A DNA stretch of 64,000 nucleotides from Eubacteriales bacterium. GTDB lineage: Bacteria > Bacillota > Clostridia > Peptostreptococcales > Anaerovoracaceae. The number at the start of each line of letters is the position of its first letter. Positions within the stretch are counted from its first letter, which is position 1. A model generated the notes under the pieces. It was given only the letters and a program-made list of their open reading frames with translations. It ran no database searches and was not told the DNA's origin. Location of the stretch: positions 6,769-70,768 of the forward strand of contig JAQWFH010000001.1 of NCBI GenBank assembly GCA_028704515.1, in the 5' to 3' direction. Below are positions 1-8,646 of the stretch, piece after piece. The position numbers and the translations under genes were made by a program.

Positions 1-170
1 TTGAGGGCGAAGCGAAAGGAGATTTTCCGAGTAGCGGAGACGTGATGCCAACGTTATGGGCAAGGAGTGTGTTGGCACTCTGCAGAGTGGATGCGTGCGA
101 GCGTGTCAAACGAGGTGGTACCGCAGGTTATAAACCTGTCCTTGTAATTTTCAAGGACGGGTTTTTTTGT
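1..170 (+). promoter_or_regulatory. T-box leader RNA, 3' portion (Stem II-like AGTA element, F-box-like ACGTTA, Stem III, T-box sequence, intrinsic terminator). The specifier loop probably lies upstream of the window.
   Basis: GGTGGTACCGC at 114-124 matches the conserved T-box motif (AGGGUGGUACCGCG). A terminator hairpin at 135-144/152-161 is followed by T7 (162-168). The 5' arm of the terminator could alternatively pair with the T-box region to form an antiterminator. The element sits directly upstream of an ABC importer operon. Confidence 0.7.
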
Positions 171-229
171 TTCTTCCTTGATGCATGCAGAGAATACACA
201 AGTATATTCAAGAAAAAGGAGAAAAGAAA

Positions 230-1207
230 ATGAAAAAGACATTGGCAATTGCACTTGTGCTTATAATTGCACTCGCAACAACTTTATCGGGTTGCACCCA
301 AAATGATGCTAACAGCGATCTACCTAAAATAGGGATTATTCAATATGTAGAGCATCCTTCTCTTGACACGATTAGAGAAAACATCATAGTTCAGCTTGAA
401 GAAGAGGGATATGTTGACGGGGAAACCGCAACTATCGTTTACAAGAACGGCCAGGGAGATACTAACAATCTTAAGACAATAGCACAATCACTTGAATCGG
501 AGAAATGCGACATTATAATTGCCATCGCAACTCCTGCGGCGCAGGCCACAGCGAAAATAAAAGATACCCCGATTATATTTTCCGCAGTAACGGATCCAGT
601 ATCTGCAGGACTCGTAAAGAGCATGGATAATCCGGGCGGAAATATAACAGGCACATCCGATGCGGTTTCGGCCTCCAAAATTATGGAGCTTGCAAAAAGA
701 ATGGTCCCTAATGTAAAGTCAGTAGGCGCGCTTTATTCTTCTGCAGAGGTTAATTCCCTTTCCGTCATAAACGACCTTAAGGACTATGCCGGAGAAAACA
801 ATTTGAAAGTAATCGAGAAGCAAATAATGAACACAAGTGAGCTTCAGCAGGCTGCGCAGTCCTTTGACGGCAAAGTAGATATCGTATTCTCACCTATAGA
901 TAACAACGTTGCTTCGGCAATATCCGCCGCTGTTAAAGTATTCAACGAGACAGACATACCATACTTTGTAAGTGCTGACTCAATGGTAAAGGACGGAGGG
1001 CTTGCGACATACGGAATAAGCTATGTGGAGCTTGGACAAAAGACCGGTAAAATGACTGCGGAAGTTTTAAGAGGCGCGGATCCGGCAACTATGCCGGTAC
1101 AGGTTATGTCGGAAGTTAAGATTTATATTAATAAAAATACAGCCGAAGCCATAGGGCTTGAAATATCTGAAGAAATACTTGCAGAAGCAACAGATTTGGC
1201 AGAATAG
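230..1207 (+). CDS. ABC transporter substrate-binding lipoprotein (BMP/ABC_sub_bind-like, TrpX-like architecture)
   Basis: The start was moved to the ATG at 230, which has an AAGGAGAAAAG RBS. It has a signal peptide with a lipobox (LSGC) and is followed by permease and ATPase genes. Confidence 0.8.
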   Translation: MKKTLAIALVLIIALATTLSGCTQNDANSDLPKIGIIQYVEHPSLDTIRENIIVQLEEEGYVDGETATIVYKNGQGDTNNLKTIAQSLESEKCDIIIAIATPAAQATAKIKDTPIIFSAVTDPVSAGLVKSMDNPGGNITGTSDAVSASKIMELAKRMVPNVKSVGALYSSAEVNSLSVINDLKDYAGENNLKVIEKQIMNTSELQQAAQSFDGKVDIVFSPIDNNVASAISAAVKVFNETDIPYFVSADSMVKDGGLATYGISYVELGQKTGKMTAEVLRGADPATMPVQVMSEVKIYINKNTAEAIGLEISEEILAEATDLAE

Positions 1208-1219
1208 GAGTTTTAACAA

Positions 1220-2128
1220 ATGATGGGCATGACAGCGATTTTCGGAGCCTTAGAATCAGGAATGATATATGCAATTTTAGCTTTAGGAGTGTTCTTGTCT
1301 TTCAGAACACTTAAAACACCGGACCTTACAGTTGACGGTAGCGTCGTAACGGGCGCCGCCGCCTCTGCAATGATATGCACGATGGGGGGGAATCCCATTT
1401 TTGCACTGATCGCATCGTTTATTGTGGGATGTGGGGCAGGAGCAATAACGGCATTGCTCAATATAAAATTAAAAATACAGCCGCTTCTCGCAGGCATCCT
1501 TGTAATGCTGGGGTTGTATTCGATCAATTTAAGAATCATGGCAGGACGCCCGAATATCTCTTTGATGGACAATTCCACGATATATATGGGATTAGAAGGG
1601 CTTTTGCCGGAAAAATATCTGCACCTTATTCTCAATGCAGTGATACTCATCTTTGCAATTATCCTTTTCTATTTCTTCCTTAAAACGCGTATGGGTTTTT
1701 CGCTTCGAGCTACCGGAGATAACGAGGATATGGTAAGGGCTTCGGGGATAAACAGTGATTTGATGAAGCTCATAGGGCTCTCGTTGTCAAATGGCTTTGT
1801 AGGGCTTGCGGGAGGAATGCTTGCGCAGTATCAAGGCTTTTCGGATGTTACGATGGGTACCGGAATGGTAGTAATAGGATTGGCTTCGGTTATTTTAGGT
1901 GAAGCTTTGTTCGGAATAAAATCTCTATCAAGGCGTCTTGTTTCAGTTTCTTTGGGCGCAATTCTATACAGATTTGCAATAGCCTTCGCCTTGTATATCG
2001 GGATGCCGGCAGGAGACTTAAAGCTCGTATCGGCCCTTATCGTTACAGTGGCATTGGCATTCGGACTTCTCAATGAAAGCATGACACTAAATGCAATGGT
2101 TAAGAGAAGGAGGAAGAAAAATGCTTAA
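1220..2128 (+). CDS. ABC transporter permease (branched-chain/BMP-type inner membrane component)
   Basis: 302 aa polytopic hydrophobic protein located between the SBP and ATPase genes. A TAGGAG RBS lies upstream. Confidence 0.8.
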   Translation: MMGMTAIFGALESGMIYAILALGVFLSFRTLKTPDLTVDGSVVTGAAASAMICTMGGNPIFALIASFIVGCGAGAITALLNIKLKIQPLLAGILVMLGLYSINLRIMAGRPNISLMDNSTIYMGLEGLLPEKYLHLILNAVILIFAIILFYFFLKTRMGFSLRATGDNEDMVRASGINSDLMKLIGLSLSNGFVGLAGGMLAQYQGFSDVTMGTGMVVIGLASVILGEALFGIKSLSRRLVSVSLGAILYRFAIAFALYIGMPAGDLKLVSALIVTVALAFGLLNESMTLNAMVKRRRKKNA

Positions 2129-2894
2129 GGTTGAAAATATCAGCAAGACCTTCGGTGCGGGTACAGTTAATGAAAAGGATGCAATCGATCATTTGAGCAT
2201 TCATCTGAAACCGGGGGAATTCGTCACAATAATCGGCAGCAACGGAGCAGGCAAATCAACATTACTCAATTGTATTGCGGGAGTATATAATCCGGATTCC
2301 GGCAAAATCATACTCGACGGCAAGCTTATTACGAAAAAGCCGGAATACAAGCGTTCTAAGGCAATTGGAAGGGTTTTCCAGGACCCGCTGAAAGGCACCG
2401 CTTTCGATATGACGATAGAGGAAAATTTAGCAATCGCAATTTCTAAGAACAGAAGCCACGGACTGCAGAGGGGCATAACGAATGCCGATAGAGATATATT
2501 CAGAGAAAAACTTTCTATGCTGGGAATGGGACTTGAAAACAGGATGAAGGAAAAAGCAAAGCTTTTGTCAGGCGGACAGCGTCAAGCGCTTACGCTTTTC
2601 ATGGCCGTAATCACAGAGCCGAAGCTGCTACTTCTAGATGAACATACGGCAGCGCTCGATCCGGCTGCGGCTGCCAAGGTGCTGGGGCTTACCGATTATT
2701 TTGGCAACTCAGATAAGCTATGCACGATGATGATAACACACAATATGAAAGCGGCTCTTGAACATGGTAACAGAACTATACTCATGCAACAGGGTCGGAT
2801 AGCTATGGATATATCCGGAGAAGAACGCGATAATATGACGGTCGATTCGTTGGTGGAAAAATTTGCGATTCAAAATGACAGAATGCTATTGTGA
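2121..2894 (+). CDS. ABC transporter ATP-binding protein
   Basis: Walker A GSNGAGKST, signature LSGGQRQ and Walker B LLLLDEHTAALD are present. The ATG at 2121 follows an AGGAGG RBS and overlaps the permease stop. Confidence 0.85.
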   Translation: MLKVENISKTFGAGTVNEKDAIDHLSIHLKPGEFVTIIGSNGAGKSTLLNCIAGVYNPDSGKIILDGKLITKKPEYKRSKAIGRVFQDPLKGTAFDMTIEENLAIAISKNRSHGLQRGITNADRDIFREKLSMLGMGLENRMKEKAKLLSGGQRQALTLFMAVITEPKLLLLDEHTAALDPAAAAKVLGLTDYFGNSDKLCTMMITHNMKAALEHGNRTILMQQGRIAMDISGEERDNMTVDSLVEKFAIQNDRMLL

Positions 2895-2926
2895 TTCAAA
2901 ACAATATGTTATAATAATATGAATAA

Positions 2927-2956
2927 GTTGTGGTGGGCAACTACCACAACTTTTTA
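2927..2956 (+). terminator. Rho-independent terminator of the ABC operon
   Basis: GTTGTGGT..ACCACAAC stem followed by TTTTT. Confidence 0.7.
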
Positions 2957-3043
2957 ATTGTATAATGATATTTTATTTTATATATAATAAAAAACATATA
3001 TAATCATGTAATATTATTTTTCTCAGGAGATATTAATTATAAA

Positions 3044-4432
3044 ATGGGCAATTCTAATACAATGACACAGAAAGCTACTCTTGTTGTGTCAGTCACAACA
3101 TCGCTGCTGACTACATTTACGGGCAGTGCTATAATACTGTCGATTCCGAATATAAGCTCAGAATTTTCAGTCAGTGCGGCTGCTGTCGGTTGGATTGTAA
3201 CGATTTACACTCTCGTGGCATCCTCTTTTGCCGTACCCTTTGGGCGTATCGCCGATTTGACGAATAGAAAAAATGTACTTGTTATAGGGCTTGCAGTATT
3301 TGCCCTCGGTTGTGTAATGTCAATTTTTGCGGGAAGCATGGCTCATATACTGATCTCGAGGGGGATACAAGCCTTTGGATCGGCTATGATATTTGCAACA
3401 AATCAAGCTATATTGATATCCGAATTCGATCAAAGTGAAAGAGGACGCGTACTTGGATATTCGACGGCAGCAACCTATATAGGGCTTTCCGCCGGGCCTG
3501 TTTTGGGCGGTATAATCAACGATAACTTTGGTTGGAGAGCGATATTTACAGTATCGATTGCGGTAGCTCTTCTTGCACTAGCTCTTGCCATATTAAAATT
3601 ACCGAGCAAGGCAAGCGTGAAGCCAAAGGAGTCTTTGGATATTGTTGGTCTCATCCTCTACAGCATGACTATTATCTTTGTAGTATACGGGCTAACCGAT
3701 TTTTCAAGCAATCTATACACATTATTATTGTTCCCGATCGGATTAATATTGGGCTATGTGTTTGTGGAAAGGGAACTGGAAACCAGCTCGCCACTTATAG
3801 ACATAAAAATGTTTTTGAATAGCAGAGAATATACAGTTTCAAACATAACGGCATTGCTAAATTATGCCGCAACCTTTGCTATAACTTATCTGGTTTCAAT
3901 ATATTTACAAATGGTGCAGGGATATGCGGCTCAGACGGCAGGATTAATACTGATAGTGCTCCCCGTTGTGCAGGCATTCGTTTCTCCTTACGCCGGAAGT
4001 CTTTCTGACAAAATCAGGCCGTTCAAGCTCGCTACAGCAGGCATGGCGGTATGCGCAGTAGCGCTGTTTATGTTTATATTCCTTACCGTAAATTCTACGA
4101 TTACTTTTGTAATCCTTGCTCTTTTCACAGCAGGAGTAGGCTTTGCATTTTTCAGCTCTCCAAATACAAATGCTGCGATGTCGTGTGTGCATAAATCGCA
4201 ATATAGCGTAGCGTCATCCGTTCTCTCCACAATGAGAAACCTCGGCCAGACAGTCAGCATGGTAATCGTGACGATTGTAATAAGCTTAAATATGGGGCAA
4301 AAGGCTTTGTCTGATGCGGAGCCACAATTATTGACGAGCACTATGACAGAGGCATTCATTGTATTTACGGTATTGTGTGTAATAGGCGTATTGATTTCCA
4401 GGACACGAGGAAAGAAGGTCAAGAATTTGTAA
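3044..4432 (+). CDS. MFS transporter (DHA2/EmrB-like, about 14 TM)
   Basis: 462 aa highly hydrophobic protein with an MFS-like loop motif (GRIADLTNRK) after TM2. Confidence 0.75.
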   Translation: MGNSNTMTQKATLVVSVTTSLLTTFTGSAIILSIPNISSEFSVSAAAVGWIVTIYTLVASSFAVPFGRIADLTNRKNVLVIGLAVFALGCVMSIFAGSMAHILISRGIQAFGSAMIFATNQAILISEFDQSERGRVLGYSTAATYIGLSAGPVLGGIINDNFGWRAIFTVSIAVALLALALAILKLPSKASVKPKESLDIVGLILYSMTIIFVVYGLTDFSSNLYTLLLFPIGLILGYVFVERELETSSPLIDIKMFLNSREYTVSNITALLNYAATFAITYLVSIYLQMVQGYAAQTAGLILIVLPVVQAFVSPYAGSLSDKIRPFKLATAGMAVCAVALFMFIFLTVNSTITFVILALFTAGVGFAFFSSPNTNAAMSCVHKSQYSVASSVLSTMRNLGQTVSMVIVTIVISLNMGQKALSDAEPQLLTSTMTEAFIVFTVLCVIGVLISRTRGKKVKNL

Positions 4433-4510
4433 CAGGTGAACGCAAACCGGCATATATTATTGACGAATTCAAGTGCAGATGTTAAAATTGCAAGGTAAGG
4501 AGGAGGTCAT

Positions 4511-5980
4511 ATGAGCGATCAAATACCTCAATATATTTTAGAACATTACATTGGAGTTATATATGTAATAAACTTTATTATAGCTTTTGGTATCGTCTTT
4601 CTCGAAAGAAAGGAACCGGCGGCGACTCTTGTTTGGATATCCATATTGTTTATCTTGCCCCTCGTAGGCTTGATTTTTTATATACTTTTTTCTCAGAATA
4701 TATCAAAGCAGAAGATTTTTAAGATGTCAACAGACGAAGAAATGCTTTTAGATAAAACATTGGCGTTGCAGGTGGAAGAGATGAAAACGGGCAAATACCC
4801 GCACTTCAAACCCGAAACATATACGTGGCGTGACATGATAAAGCTTTGTCAGACATATGCCAGAGCATACTATACGCACGATAATGATATAAAGACAATT
4901 ACAGACGGCAATGACATGTTTAAGAGCATGATGGATGATATAAAAAATGCAAAAGAGTCAATAAATATTCAATTCTTTATAGTGAAAAAAGATGAAGTGG
5001 GTAAAGAGCTGATAAAAATCCTTACTGAAAAGGCAAAGCAGGGCGTTGAAGTGAGATTTCTTATGGACGCGCTGGGAAGTCGTGAAATATTGGAGCGCAA
5101 CTTAAACGGCTTAAAGGCTGCCGGAGGTAAGTATGCGTTTTTCTTTAACACTAGGATGCGTCTTATCAATATTAAACTGAATTATAGAAATCATAGAAAA
5201 CTTGCAGTAATTGACGGCAGAATCGGATATATCGGTGGCTTCAATGTAGGAAGAGAATATCTGGGAAGAAAGAAAAAGTTTGGTTATTGGAGAGATACAC
5301 ATCTTAGAATAACAGGGGGGTCTGTAAGAGATATAAATACAAGATTTATTTTGGATTGGAGAAGTGCGTCTAAGGAAGATTTACCGTTCCCTAAGGATCA
5401 ATATTATCGCGAGCGCAAAGAAAAGCTGGCATCGACAGGCGTGCAGATAGTCAGCAGCGGTCCGGACACGACAAAGGAGCAGGTAAAGCGCGGGTACATG
5501 AAGATGATAACCTCCGCAATGAAAAACGTTTATATGCAGACACCGTATTTTGTTCCGGATAAGAGCATACTTGAGTCATTAAAAATGGCGGCTCAGTCGG
5601 GCGTTGATGTGAGAGTTATGATTCCGTGCAAGCCTGACCATATGTTTGTATACTGGGCAACATATGCTTATGTTGCGGATTTAATGTATTCCGGCTGTAA
5701 GATATTTATATATAACAATGGATTTCTTCACTCAAAAGCGATGACGGTGGATGAACAAATTGCAACCGTAGGCTCTGCAAACTTTGATATCAGAAGCTTT
5801 AAGCTAAATTTCGAGGCCAATGCTTTTATTTACGATTCGAGGGTTACGCGCGATCTGGAAAAAATATTTGAAGAAGACATGAAGTATTGCCATCAGCTTA
5901 CACCGGAAATATACGAGAAGCGGGGGCTTATCATAAAGTGTAAGGAAAGTGTTTCAAGGCTACTTACTGAGCTGCTGTAA
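4511..5980 (+). CDS. cls: Cardiolipin synthase (PLD superfamily)
   Basis: Two N-terminal TM helices and two HKD motifs (NHRKLAVIDG and LHSKAMTVDE). Strong AAGGAGGAGG RBS. Confidence 0.85.
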   Translation: MSDQIPQYILEHYIGVIYVINFIIAFGIVFLERKEPAATLVWISILFILPLVGLIFYILFSQNISKQKIFKMSTDEEMLLDKTLALQVEEMKTGKYPHFKPETYTWRDMIKLCQTYARAYYTHDNDIKTITDGNDMFKSMMDDIKNAKESINIQFFIVKKDEVGKELIKILTEKAKQGVEVRFLMDALGSREILERNLNGLKAAGGKYAFFFNTRMRLINIKLNYRNHRKLAVIDGRIGYIGGFNVGREYLGRKKKFGYWRDTHLRITGGSVRDINTRFILDWRSASKEDLPFPKDQYYRERKEKLASTGVQIVSSGPDTTKEQVKRGYMKMITSAMKNVYMQTPYFVPDKSILESLKMAAQSGVDVRVMIPCKPDHMFVYWATYAYVADLMYSGCKIFIYNNGFLHSKAMTVDEQIATVGSANFDIRSFKLNFEANAFIYDSRVTRDLEKIFEEDMKYCHQLTPEIYEKRGLIIKCKESVSRLLTELL

Positions 5981-6025
5981 GCCCTGCTCAGTTAAATATT
6001 ATAAAAAAAGAAAGAGAGAGCTGCA

Positions 6026-7267
6026 ATGTATTACAATTACTTAGACAAAGAGGATCCTGAAATTTCTGCAATAATAAAGCTCGAGGCTGCAAGACAAGAG
6101 GAAAAACTTGAATTAATTGCTTCTGAAAACTATACAAGCCAGGCGGTAATGGAAGCTGCAGGGAGTGTACTTACAAATAAATATGCAGAAGGGTATTCGG
6201 GCAAACGATATTACGGCGGATGTGAGCATATCGATCAGGTTGAAACGTTAGCGATAGAGCGTGCCAAGAAGCTTTTCGGAGCGGAATTTGCAAATGTACA
6301 GCCGCATTCGGGTTCAAGTGCAAATATAGCAGTTTACTTTGCGATGCTGAAACCGGGAGATAATGTGCTAGGCATGGATCTTTCCAATGGTGGTCACCTC
6401 ACTCACGGAAGCCCGGTAAATTTTTCGGGGAAATACTTCAACTTTGCTTCATATACGCTTGATCCTGAGACAGAAATGATAAGCTACGAAAATGTGCTTG
6501 AAATAGCAAAAAAACATAGACCCAAGCTGATAGTCGCAGGGGGAAGTGCATATCCTCGTATCATAGATGCAAAAAAATTCAAAGAAATTGCAGATGAGGT
6601 TGGAGCGCTTTTAATGGTTGATATGGCACACTTCGCAGGGCTTGTTGCTGCGGGATACCATCCAAATCCTATGGAATACGCCGACATCGTAACATCTACT
6701 ACGCATAAGACGTTGGCGGGCCCGAGAGGCGGAATGATTCTTGCAAAGGAAGAATACGGCGCAGCGATAAACAAAGCGATATTCCCAGGAATTCAAGGTG
6801 GCCCGCTTGAGCATATCATTTCCGGAAAGGCGGTATGCTTCCACAATGCAATGAAGCCTGAATTCAAACAAGGCATGAGCCAAGTTATAAAAAATGCGAA
6901 TGTGCTTGCACAGGAACTTATAAAGAGAGATTTTAGACTTGTATCGGGCGGGACAGACACCCATCTCATGCTTGTAAATCTTGAAAATAAAAATGTAACG
7001 GGAAAGGATGCTGAAAATCTTCTCGATGAAGCCGGCATAACCTTGAACAAGAATACCGTTCCGGGGGAAAAGCTCAGCCCATTCGTTACATCGGGAATAA
7101 GAATAGGAACACCTGCATTGACTACAAGAGGCTTTAAAGAGGAAGATATGGTAAGGGTAGCGGACGCGATTACACTGGTTCTGGATAATGCTCATGATGA
7201 AGCCTCTGCTGAAAAAGCCAAGGCGATTGTGAAAGAGCTTTGCCAGAAGTATCCTTTATATAAATAA
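6026..7267 (+). CDS. glyA: Serine hydroxymethyltransferase
   Basis: Full-length match to SHMT hallmarks ([21 protein letters not shown], the PLP-Lys motif [14 protein letters not shown]). Confidence 0.95.
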   Translation: MYYNYLDKEDPEISAIIKLEAARQEEKLELIASENYTSQAVMEAAGSVLTNKYAEGYSGKRYYGGCEHIDQVETLAIERAKKLFGAEFANVQPHSGSSANIAVYFAMLKPGDNVLGMDLSNGGHLTHGSPVNFSGKYFNFASYTLDPETEMISYENVLEIAKKHRPKLIVAGGSAYPRIIDAKKFKEIADEVGALLMVDMAHFAGLVAAGYHPNPMEYADIVTSTTHKTLAGPRGGMILAKEEYGAAINKAIFPGIQGGPLEHIISGKAVCFHNAMKPEFKQGMSQVIKNANVLAQELIKRDFRLVSGGTDTHLMLVNLENKNVTGKDAENLLDEAGITLNKNTVPGEKLSPFVTSGIRIGTPALTTRGFKEEDMVRVADAITLVLDNAHDEASAEKAKAIVKELCQKYPLYK

Positions 7268-7291
7268 AATCGTCCTCGGACGATTCGAATA

Positions 7292-7325
7292 CAAAAAACA
7301 CGCCGCGGAATTATGTGTCCGCGGC
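7292..7325 (-). terminator. Rho-independent terminator for the minus-strand LysM gene (it may also stop glyA read-through)
   Basis: GCCGCGGA..TCCGCGGC stem. On the minus strand it is followed by GTGTTTTTTGT. Confidence 0.6.
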
Positions 7326-7332
7326 TCAGTGT

Positions 7333-7686
7333 TTAATTCGGTATACAGATTTGCATACCCACGCGCATGTCGTATGGGTCAAGATCTGGATTGGCTTGTA
7401 TTATAGAATTTAAGCTGACCCTATGTTTCTTTGCTATCATGTAGAGTGTATCGCCCGACACAACTGTGTAAGTAATTCCCGTGCACTCAGGTTCCGGATT
7501 TTGGTTAAGCTTGGAAGGATCGCCCGGAATACATAGCTTTCTTCCTACACGGAGATTGTAAGGATTACAAATTTTGTTTGCGCGCATAAGAATCGATACA
7601 GATACGCCGTAGTTCTGGGCTATCGTGTAAAGTGTGTCTCCTGCACGTACGGTGTACACGTCTACGCATACAAGATTTTGTGCCAT
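7333..7686 (-). CDS. LysM-domain protein (two LysM repeats)
   Basis: Two copies of the YTVxxGDTLYxIAxxxxVSxxxxxxAN..L.VGxxLCIP pattern. Confidence 0.8.
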   Translation of the reverse strand: MAQNLVCVDVYTVRAGDTLYTIAQNYGVSVSILMRANKICNPYNLRVGRKLCIPGDPSKLNQNPEPECTGITYTVVSGDTLYMIAKKHRVSLNSIIQANPDLDPYDMRVGMQICIPN

Positions 7687-7775
7687 AAAATTATCACCTC
7701 TCCCATCATATTATTTAACTTAGTGTAAAAGTGTGATAAAATAAAATATATTTAAATAAGAAAGGTTTATATCAT

Positions 7776-8501
7776 ATGAAAAGGTTTATGAATCCGTTTA
7801 CAATAATAATAATTGCTTTGTTGTTTACGAACTCCATATCAAGCGGACGATTTGATAATCCTGCGGAATGGCTTATGACTATGGCAATAATGCTTCCGGG
7901 ATTACTTATAGGTCTGTCTGTACATGAATTTGCTCATGCCTATGCGGCATATAAGCTGGGCGACCCTACAAGCAAGAATATGGGAAGGGTAACCTTAAAT
8001 CCTGCAGCTCATATCGATCCCCTGGGATTCTTCTCATTGATGCTGGTAGGCTTCGGGTGGGGTGTTCCCGTACAAATAAACCCGGGGAATTTTAAAAACC
8101 CGAGGAGGGATGAAATTATTGTGTCCCTTGCCGGAGTAACAATGAATTTTATAGTTGCCGTTATATCATGCGGAGTATATATCCTTCTCGTGAAGAGTGG
8201 AGGAAGCCCTTCATTTTCCTCCGGAGCCTTTGATGCGTTGACGTATATATTCCTCTGGATAGTATATATAAATGTAATTCTAATGGTGTTCAATTTACTG
8301 CCGATACCGCCGCTTGACGGCTTCAGTATTGTTACAGAGATATTCAATCTGAGGAGGTACGATTGGTATTACACCGTTTACAACAACGGATTGATAATAT
8401 TGCTGGCATTGATATTGTTTGGTGTAGTGGGCATGTTCCTGTCCGGCGGAATAAATATAATAATGAATGTTATAGAAAGCTTTTGGAAGCTCATACTTTA
8501 A
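7776..8501 (+). CDS. Site-2 protease family (peptidase M50) membrane metalloprotease
   Basis: HEFAH zinc motif within a TM segment, a polytopic profile and an LPIPPLDG motif. Confidence 0.75.
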   Translation: MKRFMNPFTIIIIALLFTNSISSGRFDNPAEWLMTMAIMLPGLLIGLSVHEFAHAYAAYKLGDPTSKNMGRVTLNPAAHIDPLGFFSLMLVGFGWGVPVQINPGNFKNPRRDEIIVSLAGVTMNFIVAVISCGVYILLVKSGGSPSFSSGAFDALTYIFLWIVYINVILMVFNLLPIPPLDGFSIVTEIFNLRRYDWYYTVYNNGLIILLALILFGVVGMFLSGGINIIMNVIESFWKLIL

Positions 8502-8520
8502 TAGGTATGAGCTTTTCTTT
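8487..8520 (+). terminator. Rho-independent terminator
   Basis: 10-bp stem AAGCTCATAC/GTATGAGCTT overlapping the CDS end, followed by TTCTTT. Confidence 0.65.
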
Positions 8521-8529
8521 ATAAAATTA

Positions 8530-8556
8530 TTGGCAATCTATCGAGGTGAGTGCTAA
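8530..8556. promoter_or_regulatory. CIRCE-like inverted repeat (candidate HrcA operator)
   Basis: TTGGCAATC-N9-GAGTGCTAA compared with the consensus TTAGCACTC-N9-GAGTGCTAA. The right arm is perfect, the left arm matches 7/9 and the spacing is exactly 9. Confidence 0.5.
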
Positions 8557-8563
8557 AAAACTG

Positions 8564-8592
8564 TTTACATTTACAGGAAAAAGGTGTATCAT
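8564..8592 (+). promoter_or_regulatory. SigA-type promoter for clpB
   Basis: TTTACA - 17 nt - TATCAT. Confidence 0.5.
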
Positions 8593-8646
8593 ATTGCTAT
8601 AAGTTAAACAAAGTTCATAAATACAGATTAAAGGGGTGATTATTGT

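Noticed and set aside
88-91. TGG-A read as a possible Trp specifier codon of the T-box
   Set aside because: It lies only about 25 nt from the T-box sequence. The preceding AGTA and ACGTTA elements fit Stem II/F-box rather than Stem I. The real specifier loop is probably upstream of the window.
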